DNA from: an uncultured Puniceicoccaceae bacterium
GTDB taxonomy: Bacteria; Verrucomicrobiota; Verrucomicrobiia; Opitutales; Coraliomargaritaceae
Reading direction: 5' to 3'
Assembly: GCA_913031135.1 (NCBI GenBank)
Contig: CAJWEH010000001.1
Coordinates: 1,482 to 65,481 of the forward strand
Length of the DNA stretch: 64,000 nucleotides
Program-made: the position numbers and the translations under genes
The notes under the pieces: generated by a model
The model's database searches: none
What the model saw: only the letters and a program-made list of their open reading frames with translations
Told to the model about the DNA's origin: nothing
In this document: positions 41,061 through 48,945 of the stretch, in pieces
Layout of the letters: each line of letters starts with the position of its first letter
Numbering within the stretch: the first letter of the stretch is position 1

Positions 41061-41347
41061 TATAAGGTGATAATGCCAGGAATGTGACTCATCGTTTCGT
41101 ATAATGCGACGACCTCATCCGAAGACTGCACTTCTTTCTCTAAAGTGAAAGCGACAAAGCGTCCATTAGACGAGTCTCTAGACTCTAAATGATCAGTATT
41201 GAGTAATTCTATGACTTGATTCGCTTGCTGAGCGGGTACAATAAATTTAAAGGGGAATACAGATGGCCAGTTATAATGAGCATCTAAGCTGCTTTTGAAA
41301 CTCTCGACTGAAGCACGATCAAACATATACAGCACAGTATAAGACAT
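41060..41347 (-). CDS. DUF493 (YbeD-like) protein
   Basis: WPSVFPFKFIVP, SSNGRF, IPGIITL pattern. Confidence 0.75.
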   Translation of the reverse strand: MSYTVLYMFDRASVESFKSSLDAHYNWPSVFPFKFIVPAQQANQVIELLNTDHLESRDSSNGRFVAFTLEKEVQSSDEVVALYETMSHIPGIITL

Positions 41348-41455
41348 TGGAACAAAGTCGAAGCGAAATGTATTTTTTTTAGATCAAGACTTGCAAGATC
41401 TGAAATTCCCCACAATAAAAGTGGGTTTTAGTTTTATAAACTAAATCTGCTCGAT

Positions 41456-41541
41456 GCCTAGGTGGTGGAATGGTAGACACTCGGGACTTAAAATCCCGTG
41501 CCGGCAACGGCGTGCGGGTTCAAGTCCCGCCCTAGGTACCA
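41456..41541 (+). tRNA. tRNA-Leu (anticodon UAA)
   Basis: Acceptor stem GCCTAGG/CCTAGGT, D-loop TGGTAGAC, anticodon arm CGGGA-CTTAAAA-TCCCG, long variable arm GCCG-GCAA-CGGC, GGTTCAAGTCC T-arm, encoded CCA. Confidence 0.97.
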
Positions 41542-41619
41542 GTGCAGTTTGTAAGTTTCTTCCTTAGCTCAAAGGCGTCTTTGGTCGCACAGGATTTCCC
41601 CTGTTTTGTAAGTTTTCCC

Positions 41620-42168
41620 TTGGTTTATCGATCGATCTATCTGAAATTACTCTCTATACTTTTACTGATTCCTATGGCTATTGCGTCCGCAAGTGAGCAA
41701 GCATTTGATCGCACCGAGGTTGGTGTGATTGAGATTAAATCACTGCCTGCCTCTAAAGTCATTAAATCGACTTCAGACACGTCTTATTTTGAAGCGAACA
41801 ACCTTTTCATGCCCTTGTTTTGGTACATCACCACTCGGGGTATTGCAATGACAGCTCCCGTCGAGGTCGAACTCGATCCTGGCGTCATGTATTTTTATAT
41901 TGGAACGGATGCTCAAGAACGTGCCTTGAAATCAACAGGAACAGTTAGGGTTGAGTCCTTCCCAGAACGTACGGTTGCCGCTATTGGCTATCAAGGTGCT
42001 TATACTGAAGATCAGTTTAACGAAGCTAAAACTCGCTTAGAGGCTTGGCTAGTAGAGCAGACTGATATTAGCCCCATCGGCGAAGCGAATGCCGTCTATT
42101 GGCATGGACCCTCCGTTCCAAATGCCCAAAAACATGCCGAAGTGCACATTCCTGTGGAAGTGCTTTAA
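41620..42168 (+). CDS. SOUL heme-binding family protein with signal peptide
   Basis: FMPLFWYI...IAMTAPV...MYF SOUL motifs; in-frame TTG at 41620 gives a signal peptide (LKLLSILLLIPMAIASA). Confidence 0.8.
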   Translation: MVYRSIYLKLLSILLLIPMAIASASEQAFDRTEVGVIEIKSLPASKVIKSTSDTSYFEANNLFMPLFWYITTRGIAMTAPVEVELDPGVMYFYIGTDAQERALKSTGTVRVESFPERTVAAIGYQGAYTEDQFNEAKTRLEAWLVEQTDISPIGEANAVYWHGPSVPNAQKHAEVHIPVEVL

Positions 42169-42174
42169 GCATGA

Positions 42175-42237
42175 CATGCGGCTTGTGACTACCAGATGCT
42201 CTGTCGTGAGTGTAATCGTAGGAAGTCGAATAGTTAA
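42175..42237 (+). pseudogene. C-terminal relic of an HNH endonuclease gene
   Basis: In-frame HAACDYQMLCRECNRRKSNS* preceded by TGA at 42172-42174; matches the HNH/McrA C-terminal QxLCxxCNxxK motif. Confidence 0.6.
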
Positions 42238-42352
42238 GGCGAGTACGGTCTGATTGAAGTATATTTAGAGTTTCTATAAATAGCTCATATAACTTTGGCA
42301 CATCATTTGCTATATTAAAAATCGTTAGTAAAAATTCAATTTAATATAGTTT

Positions 42353-43180
42353 ATGAAACCGATTATTTTTTCAGGGTTAGAGTATTGTTTAAATAATAAG
42401 CGAGCATCGTGTGAGTTAGCGTATGATGCTTTATATGAAATAGGGGCTAGATCGATTCCACTTGTGATCAGTTCTAGTAAGAGTTTAGAAGAGTTGATCG
42501 ATTTAGTTCATGAGTTCCCTGTGATTCCTTATTTGATTGGAGAGAATGGTGCGTCGTTTGCTGTACCGATGGACTCTAAGTTGAATAAACATTTTTCATG
42601 GAATCAGACGAAGGTTGCTTATAATGTAACGTATGATCCTAATTCAAAGTCTTTGATACTGAATGTGCTTGAAGAGGCACGTTCACAGATAGGCGATTGT
42701 TTCATCGAATTTTCTAAAATTAATTCGAATCATTCTAGTCGCTTGGCTGACTTGAATTATAGTGATCTCAAGCGCGCACTAAATCGAGATGCCAATGAGG
42801 TACTGATTTGGCAGGGGAATGATTACCAATGGTGGCAATTTGTAAACTTCATCGAAGAAAAATCCCTTCTCGTGCAAAGCAGTGAATTTTTTATCCAGGT
42901 GATGGATACAAAGCATACGAAGAAAACAGCTATGTTTGCTTTATTGACTTTATTTCAGGAGACTTTTCCTGAGATACCTTGGTACAGTGTGGGTTTTGGA
43001 TCGTTAGAAGAGGATGTTTTAATGCTTGAGCATGTTGATTACCCTGTGGTTGTCCGAAGACCGAAGTTAAAAGAATTACGACTGGAGCGTGAGGACTATC
43101 AGTTAACCCATTCGTTTACGAGTGAAGGTTGGAATGAATCCCTCTTTCAGTTTTTGAATCTAAATTTACAAAAGCTTTGA
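42353..43180 (+). CDS. HAD-IIB mannosyl/glucosyl-3-phosphoglycerate phosphatase-like protein with degenerate catalytic motifs
   Basis: SSKS..E and IGENGA match the MPGP/YedP family, but motif I reads IIFSGLEYCL and motif IV reads GSLEEDVLML. Confidence 0.7.
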   Translation: MKPIIFSGLEYCLNNKRASCELAYDALYEIGARSIPLVISSSKSLEELIDLVHEFPVIPYLIGENGASFAVPMDSKLNKHFSWNQTKVAYNVTYDPNSKSLILNVLEEARSQIGDCFIEFSKINSNHSSRLADLNYSDLKRALNRDANEVLIWQGNDYQWWQFVNFIEEKSLLVQSSEFFIQVMDTKHTKKTAMFALLTLFQETFPEIPWYSVGFGSLEEDVLMLEHVDYPVVVRRPKLKELRLEREDYQLTHSFTSEGWNESLFQFLNLNLQKL

Positions 43181-43210
43181 GTGCTTATTTGGAAGGATTA
43201 AATGAATGTT

Positions 43211-44422
43211 TTATTGCTTGTAGATAATACTTTGAACGAAGTCTCCGAGTTTATAGCCACTGTTCATTTTTTGAATATAAATGATGTTGAGGAGTTGGTT
43301 CATTGGATCGACCCAAAATTCAGTGCCGGCTGCTCCATTCCATGAATACTGTTCTGATATTAGTTCTTTGGTGTCAGGGTCATATAGTTTTTTTATAGCA
43401 AAGCCTAAGCCAAATCCTCTGTCATCCAAGCCAAAGGAGTGCGGGCTCCAGGGATTAGATGGGTCATCGAGTACCTCACTTAGGTGATCGCTCGTCATTA
43501 AATTAAAGGTTTCTTCTGTGATGTATTGCACGCCTTTATAAGTCCCTTTGTTTAAGAGCATTTGAGCAAATTGATGATAGTCCTCTATTGTCGAAAGAAG
43601 GCCGCCTCCGCCCGAGTGAAAGCCTTCTTCTGATTGGTAATCGAAATACCGTGTGCCCAAATCTTTGAGGCGTCCATTTTCAATCCTGTAATTGCTCGCT
43701 AATCGATCGCCGTCTCTTTGCCTAATGAAGAAATCGGTATCACGCATTTTTAGGGGTGTGAAAAAGACTTTGTTGAGATGCCTGCTCAGAGAGCGACCCG
43801 TGATGCGCTCAATAATAACGCCCTGAATGTCAACGGCGATGCTGTAGTGCCATTTTTCACCCGGCTGCTGAATCAGGGGGAGTTTTGCAACCGCATCAAT
43901 GAAGTCTTGGCTGGTCTTAATACTCCAAATGTCAACAACTCGGTATTTTTTGTCGACCGGGTGATCACTCCATCCATAAGAAAAGCCGGCAGTATGTGTT
44001 AGTAAGTGTTGGATGGTGATCGCTTTATTGAGTCTTTCTTTGCTTCCATCCTCACGGAGTACTTTCAGATTTTTAAATTCAGGTATAATATCGATGATGG
44101 GAGTTTTGAGGCTGAGTTTCCCTTGCTCTACAAGTTGCATCAGAGCAACAGAAACAATCGGTTTGGTCATGGAGTAAATGCGAAAAATCGTATCTTTTTC
44201 CATGCGTTCTTTCGTTTTTAAATTTTGATAGCCAAAGGTATTAAAATAGACGATTGAGTCATTGATAGCCGTTAATCCAGTAATCCCTGCATAGGTGCCA
44301 TCTTTAACGCGTTTTTTAAATTCTCGATTGATTTCATCGGTCATTTGATCGGTAAACGAAATGCCCAATAGAATATTTGATGTCCATATGGAAAGTAGAA
44401 TAAGGGATTTGAATCGGTTCAT
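43211..44422 (-). CDS. Exported serine hydrolase, beta-lactamase class C / esterase family VIII-like
   Basis: Signal peptide; FRIYSMTK, LLTHTAG, PGEKWHYS, SGGGGL, WNGAAGT.FWVDP. Confidence 0.9.
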   Translation of the reverse strand: MNRFKSLILLSIWTSNILLGISFTDQMTDEINREFKKRVKDGTYAGITGLTAINDSIVYFNTFGYQNLKTKERMEKDTIFRIYSMTKPIVSVALMQLVEQGKLSLKTPIIDIIPEFKNLKVLREDGSKERLNKAITIQHLLTHTAGFSYGWSDHPVDKKYRVVDIWSIKTSQDFIDAVAKLPLIQQPGEKWHYSIAVDIQGVIIERITGRSLSRHLNKVFFTPLKMRDTDFFIRQRDGDRLASNYRIENGRLKDLGTRYFDYQSEEGFHSGGGGLLSTIEDYHQFAQMLLNKGTYKGVQYITEETFNLMTSDHLSEVLDDPSNPWSPHSFGLDDRGFGLGFAIKKLYDPDTKELISEQYSWNGAAGTEFWVDPMNQLLNIIYIQKMNSGYKLGDFVQSIIYKQ

Positions 44423-44429
44423 GGTGTTT

Positions 44430-45353
44430 TTAAGTTGCGATTATGTTATAGTAGGTATGTTCGCTTTTGAAAGTCTTTATTTTGTCATCATTAAAAAGGA
44501 TTAGTGCTGTTGATAGTGCGTCTGCTGTTGTTGCGCTGTCGGCGATTACGCTAATGGTTTTTTCTTTGGAAACGGTTTTGCCTGTTGTTGGATTAATTAT
44601 GTGTCCTAGTTGTTCGTTTTCTAAAAGATAGCTTCCAAAACTAGACGATGTGGCTATTGCTTGATTATTGAGCTCAATCGTTTTTTCGAGGGTCTCATTT
44701 TTGGGCTTTTGTATGCCGATTTGGAAGGGTCGCTGTTTGGGGTGTTGTCCGAGTGCTTTGGTCTCGCCTAATTCGACCAAGGCATTTTGAAACCCTTCAT
44801 TTTTCAGGATATCGGTTGCTTTGTCGGTGATATAGCCTTGTGCAATCCCATTTAATGAAATCTCGCAGTCTTTATTAAGTATTCGTATTTCAGACTTTGA
44901 ATAGTGTATTTGATGCCACCCGATTTTCGACAGGGATTCTAAAGGCAAATCCTGTGTTTTTGAGTTTTTGTGGAAATTCCATAGGGTTTGTATTGTAGGA
45001 TCAAATAAACCATGGGTTTGGTTATGGATGGTACGAATCCGATCCAATAGATCGAGCCAATCTGAATTGGGATTCAATAAAACTTTATGCTGATTGAGTT
45101 GGTTGATTTCAGAGTCTGCTAGATAGAGACTGAATTTTTGCTCGAGTCTTTGTATTTCATTAAAAACGAAACGGAGTGTTTTTTTTGCGTGTTGAGAATC
45201 TTTTGAATAGAGGGTTAAGTTTCCAGTGCTCCCGAGCAAGTAGCCACTCCATCGAACGGGTAGCATGGGGTGCGAGGCCATATTATGGGCATTTAAAAAG
45301 GCTGAACCGCAAGCACCCAGTGCTAATATTTTTATGAAGCGTTTTCTTTGCAT
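44430..45353 (-). CDS. apbE: FAD:protein FMN transferase
   Basis: SEINQLN, FDPTI, NGIAQGY, ATS, HIINP.TG, ADALSTA; Tat-like N-terminus QRKRFIK. Confidence 0.92.
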   Translation of the reverse strand: MQRKRFIKILALGACGSAFLNAHNMASHPMLPVRWSGYLLGSTGNLTLYSKDSQHAKKTLRFVFNEIQRLEQKFSLYLADSEINQLNQHKVLLNPNSDWLDLLDRIRTIHNQTHGLFDPTIQTLWNFHKNSKTQDLPLESLSKIGWHQIHYSKSEIRILNKDCEISLNGIAQGYITDKATDILKNEGFQNALVELGETKALGQHPKQRPFQIGIQKPKNETLEKTIELNNQAIATSSSFGSYLLENEQLGHIINPTTGKTVSKEKTISVIADSATTADALSTALILFNDDKIKTFKSEHTYYNIIAT

Positions 45354-46120
45354 CGGTCAAAGTTTTCGCAGATTCTTCGTTTGCGTTTTTTCCAACTCAT
45401 TAGACCAGAGGTAATCAGGACTAATATGGATAGGGCGGTAAGATTCATGATGGTTTGTCCGGCTACTGAAAAGAGTTTGCCAGAGTGCAGATCGAGTAAG
45501 ACTCGATAGAGGGGGATGCCATTACCTTGGAAGGATTGCATCAAAGACTGTACATAGGCGGGATCACTTTTTGTCGGGTACAATCGTTCAGCTGCTTCGG
45601 TTTGAATCGATTCCTCGTATGAATCAAAGGTGATCCAATAGGGGTCTGCTTTAAAATTCCCATTTTCTGAAATTAGTATGTAGCTCGGTGATGCCGTTTC
45701 TGATAGGGTGGTCAATACTGCCGTGAGTTGATCATACGGAAGCGATTTTTGCTTAATGCTTTCAATCAGTTCATTTTCCAAGCTAATTAGGTGAATTTCA
45801 TTTTCCGTCAGGAGTATATGGAAGTTTTCTGATTTCAAATGAGCGACTGGCTGGCTTGTTTTTGCAATAAATTTACCGTTAAAGAATAAACTTTCCTCTA
45901 TGTAGGCAATTTTTGAAGCCTTGCTTTCGTAAAGGGTTGCTTCATTTGAGGGGGACATGCCATAGAGCTTTAAGATGAATCCATTTCGCACATAGGTGCT
46001 GTCTAGTTTTAAAAATTCGGTGTAGTTGAGGAGAATACCTGTGATCGATAAAAGTATGAGGAAGGCAGTTGCTGATAAGCCTAACCATCGGTGTATTCGT
46101 AATAGCAATTTACGTCTCAT
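45332..46120 (-). CDS. PepSY-associated TM-helix protein
   Basis: IHRWLG, SITGILLN, LDLHSG motifs; N- and C-terminal TM helices flanking a periplasmic domain. Confidence 0.85.
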   Translation of the reverse strand: MRRKLLLRIHRWLGLSATAFLILLSITGILLNYTEFLKLDSTYVRNGFILKLYGMSPSNEATLYESKASKIAYIEESLFFNGKFIAKTSQPVAHLKSENFHILLTENEIHLISLENELIESIKQKSLPYDQLTAVLTTLSETASPSYILISENGNFKADPYWITFDSYEESIQTEAAERLYPTKSDPAYVQSLMQSFQGNGIPLYRVLLDLHSGKLFSVAGQTIMNLTALSILVLITSGLMSWKKRKRRICENFDRCKENAS

Positions 46121-46644
46121 TAGTTTTCAGATTGTGCCACTAGGGTATCTAGGTAAAGTGCTATTTTTGACAATTTTGTTAAAGCATTTACCGAGAGCGT
46201 TGCGCCACTAATGCCATCAATCTTTTTGTTTAATTTGTAGCTTTTCTGTGATTCGAATCGAAGCCCTTTAAATTGATTTCTAAAAAAAGGATACTGCACT
46301 TCGTAACCGTGAGTTTCTCGGTAAATCAAGACTCGCATGTCTTCAATGCTTTGATCATTAATGAGAAATCCTGTGGTGATGAGTTTGACTTTGCCAATTG
46401 CCTCTAAAATCCAAGCTCGTTTGTTTCCTACTTCCCAGTAACGAATCCGTAATCCTGGGTAATCAAGTCCAGTGAGTTCTTTGATGTCCGCTTTGATTTC
46501 TTTTTTAAGCCATACGGTTTTTATTTCTGGCTCAGTTTCAAAGGAGTTTTTAATGAATTGATTTGGCTCCAAATAAACTTCTTCAAGTGCTATGGATGGA
46601 CTTGCCAAGAAAATGAGTACGATGAAGTGCCTGAGTGTTTTCAT
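46120..46644 (-). CDS. Exported FMN-binding domain protein (flavinylation target)
   Basis: Signal peptide; VLIYRETHG.EV, F..QF.G, and IDGISGATLS containing the [ST]GA[ST] flavinylation motif. Confidence 0.88.
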   Translation of the reverse strand: MKTLRHFIVLIFLASPSIALEEVYLEPNQFIKNSFETEPEIKTVWLKKEIKADIKELTGLDYPGLRIRYWEVGNKRAWILEAIGKVKLITTGFLINDQSIEDMRVLIYRETHGYEVQYPFFRNQFKGLRFESQKSYKLNKKIDGISGATLSVNALTKLSKIALYLDTLVAQSEN

Positions 46645-46645
46645 G

Positions 46646-46683
46646 AAAAAAACTTGCTCCTACCTTCTGTGCAGGAGCAAGTT
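46646..46683 (-). terminator. Intra-operon terminator/attenuator hairpin between the porin and FMN-binding genes
   Basis: Minus strand AACTTGCTCCT-11 nt-AGGAGCAAGTT followed by a U-run, then C-ATG. Confidence 0.75.
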
Positions 46684-46725
46684 AAACTAAATAATGATCG
46701 ATTAGTCACACATTCAGCAATGAGC

Positions 46726-47817
46726 TTAGAATTGATAGCCAACACCAAGACTTAAAGTCTCATTGTTTGCTTTATTTTCAGTAATATCAGCTTTCAGAAC
46801 AACATAATCAGTCGGATAATAGTTGATGCCAAAGCTTGTGTCTTCTTCTTGATTATTGCTATCACTTTTGAAGTAATTGTAATCAGCAACACGATAGAAA
46901 ACGCCTACCTTACCGTAGTCAGTATCCCATGTGTAAGACGGCTCAATATAGTAACCACTTTGGTCTTTGGCTTCTGTGTCGGTATCAATATCCCAAGATC
47001 CAGTAAGGGCTTTAAGACCAAAGCCACCTTTTTTATAGTTCAAATGAAAGACAGATAGTGTGCCTTCTACATCAGCGCTTGAGCCTTGTGTCAGGTCATC
47101 TTGTTGGAATAGGGAAGCACCTAGCTCTAACCCTGGAATGCCTCGATAAACAGCCCTTAGGATGTAAGCACCGTCATTAGCGATTGCATTCGCTACTTTT
47201 TGGCGTCCGCCTCGTATGTAGCCGTCCTCCGTTTTTAAACCATCGGTCACTGCGAAATCAACGGTTAAACCATTTCCGAAGTCTTTAGAAATTCTAATCC
47301 CTGCTTGCCACCATGTTGTCGGGATGATGTACTTTTCGACATTGTTTCTTTCAACACCGAAGAAGGTGTCGGGCTCGTGCGTTTCGTTTAAAAGCCCAAC
47401 TGGAACTAAAAAGAGACCTGCGTCCGCTGTGTAACCGTCTTTCAGTGCAAAGCGAATGAATGCTTGTTCAAGCTCAACTTCTCCTTCTTTACCTTCGCCA
47501 GCAAGAGCGTGCTCAAGCTCTAATTCGGTGAAGAGGGCGATTTTATCCGTGTAATCGTGGTTTACGAATAAGACAAAACGGTGGAAGTCTATGACATCAT
47601 TGCTTCCCTCTTTGTTATTATAGTGGAGTTCACCATAACCACCAATAGATGTCTTGTCCCACCAGCCGTTACTTGTGGATGAGGAGTCTTCAATTGCCGA
47701 GGCTAAGAGGTTAATTTGCTCCTGTAATTCATGAATTTTTTGCTCTGTGGTTTCATTTGCGTATACATGTGCAAATAAAATACTAGTCAAAATGCCTATT
47801 AAATATGCGAGTTTCAT
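46726..47817 (-). CDS. Outer-membrane beta-barrel porin (OprO/P-like superfamily)
   Basis: Signal peptide, short coiled coil, IGGYGELHYN, DFHRFVL, ELELEH, GLLNETHEP; ends GVGYQF (C-terminal Phe); too short for a TonB-dependent receptor. Confidence 0.85.
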   Translation of the reverse strand: MKLAYLIGILTSILFAHVYANETTEQKIHELQEQINLLASAIEDSSSTSNGWWDKTSIGGYGELHYNNKEGSNDVIDFHRFVLFVNHDYTDKIALFTELELEHALAGEGKEGEVELEQAFIRFALKDGYTADAGLFLVPVGLLNETHEPDTFFGVERNNVEKYIIPTTWWQAGIRISKDFGNGLTVDFAVTDGLKTEDGYIRGGRQKVANAIANDGAYILRAVYRGIPGLELGASLFQQDDLTQGSSADVEGTLSVFHLNYKKGGFGLKALTGSWDIDTDTEAKDQSGYYIEPSYTWDTDYGKVGVFYRVADYNYFKSDSNNQEEDTSFGINYYPTDYVVLKADITENKANNETLSLGVGYQF

Positions 47818-47838
47818 AAGTTAGTTTTTTATAGTTTT

Positions 47839-47908
47839 ATTGATAAAGAGTCTCAATTTCATTAAATTCACCATGATGTCAACTTATTTAATGAAAACGA
47901 GTCTCATT
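47839..47908. promoter_or_regulatory. Two Fur-box-like 19-bp operators flanking a -35 hexamer of the porin operon
   Basis: ATTGATAAAGAGTCTCAAT (47839-47857) and AATGAAAACGAGTCTCATT (47890-47908); TTGACA on the minus strand at 47882-47877 between them. Confidence 0.7.
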
Positions 47909-47961
47909 ATCGCATAATATTGTGCCTTGTCTCGAAACGAATTATTGGTACTTTGCGAACG

Positions 47962-48945
47962 ATGGTGGGTCATATACGCAGTTATGGATTTATATACGGA
48001 TTAATTTTCGTAATTGCACTGGCTTATTTCGTAGCGAATGTGGCTGTTGATGGACTCTCTATTTTGAATGGGTTGAAATGGCCGATGATCGCAATCATCT
48101 TCTTTTTTCAAGGCGTATCGTTGGATGAAAAGTCGTTAAAAAATTGTTTGGGAGTATCAGGCTTACCAATTTTTGTCTTAGTGTGTAATTTCATTGTATT
48201 TCCGTTTTTGGTGTTAGTCTCGGTCATCCCGTTTGTTTCTGATTTGCTTGGATTGGGTTTTTTCTTACTGTCTATTGTTCCAACAACCATTGCTTTATCG
48301 GTTGCGTATACCGATTTATCAAAAGGTCGTGTTGAAGTCGCTTTAATGGCAACGCTATCCTCGAATTTATTGGGCACGATATTGGTCCCACTGTTCTTTC
48401 TTATTTTCATGGGTGAAGCTTTGGAGTGGGGATCTTCACTTGGCAGTCTGTTGCTCACGTTTGCTTGGCTCTTAGTCTTACCACTAATGCTTGGTTATGG
48501 GACACGCCGATGGTTTGTTTCTTTGAGTCAACCGCTCTTGCGTATTAAAAAAGTTACGGTAGAAATTCTTTTGCTCGGTATTATCTACCAGTCCTTTTTA
48601 GCCTGCTTTTCAAATGAGTTTGATTCTGACTTCATGTATAATGACTTCTTGTTCGTCGCCTTAGTGTCACTGCTGCTTTTTTTGTGTGTTTCATTATTAG
48701 TTTGGTGGAGTAGCAGGTTCGTTTGTATGGATCGAGGTTCTAAGATTGCCGTCTTTTTTGGGGGTAGTCAGAAATCGGTTTGTTCAGGAATCCCATTAAT
48801 TGTGCTTACGCTCGAGTTGTTACCGAGTTCTTATAATGAGGGGATTTTACTCCTTCCGCTCATAGTCTATTATTTTTACCAGACCGTTTTGGGTGGAATT
48901 TTAATTCATCGATTCAATCCTAGTGTTCAAATAAAGAGAGCTTGA
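47962..48945 (+). CDS. Bile acid:sodium symporter family (SBF-like/YfeH) transporter
   Basis: IFFFQG.SL, PTTIALSVAYT...G, SNLLG, GSQKS...GIP; multi-TM. Confidence 0.85.
   Translation: MVGHIRSYGFIYGLIFVIALAYFVANVAVDGLSILNGLKWPMIAIIFFFQGVSLDEKSLKNCLGVSGLPIFVLVCNFIVFPFLVLVSVIPFVSDLLGLGFFLLSIVPTTIALSVAYTDLSKGRVEVALMATLSSNLLGTILVPLFFLIFMGEALEWGSSLGSLLLTFAWLLVLPLMLGYGTRRWFVSLSQPLLRIKKVTVEILLLGIIYQSFLACFSNEFDSDFMYNDFLFVALVSLLLFLCVSLLVWWSSRFVCMDRGSKIAVFFGGSQKSVCSGIPLIVLTLELLPSSYNEGILLLPLIVYYFYQTVLGGILIHRFNPSVQIKRA

Noticed and set aside
41405..41450. Short inverted repeats upstream of tRNA-Leu (CCCAC/GTGGG, TTTAGTTT/AAACTAAA)
   Set aside because: Short and AT-rich; compatible with chance or ordinary promoter/leader sequence.
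43211..44422. Antibiotic-resistance beta-lactamase
   Set aside because: LLTHTAG and WxGAAGT motifs fit the broad esterase/serine-hydrolase branch; no evidence for AmpC-type activity.
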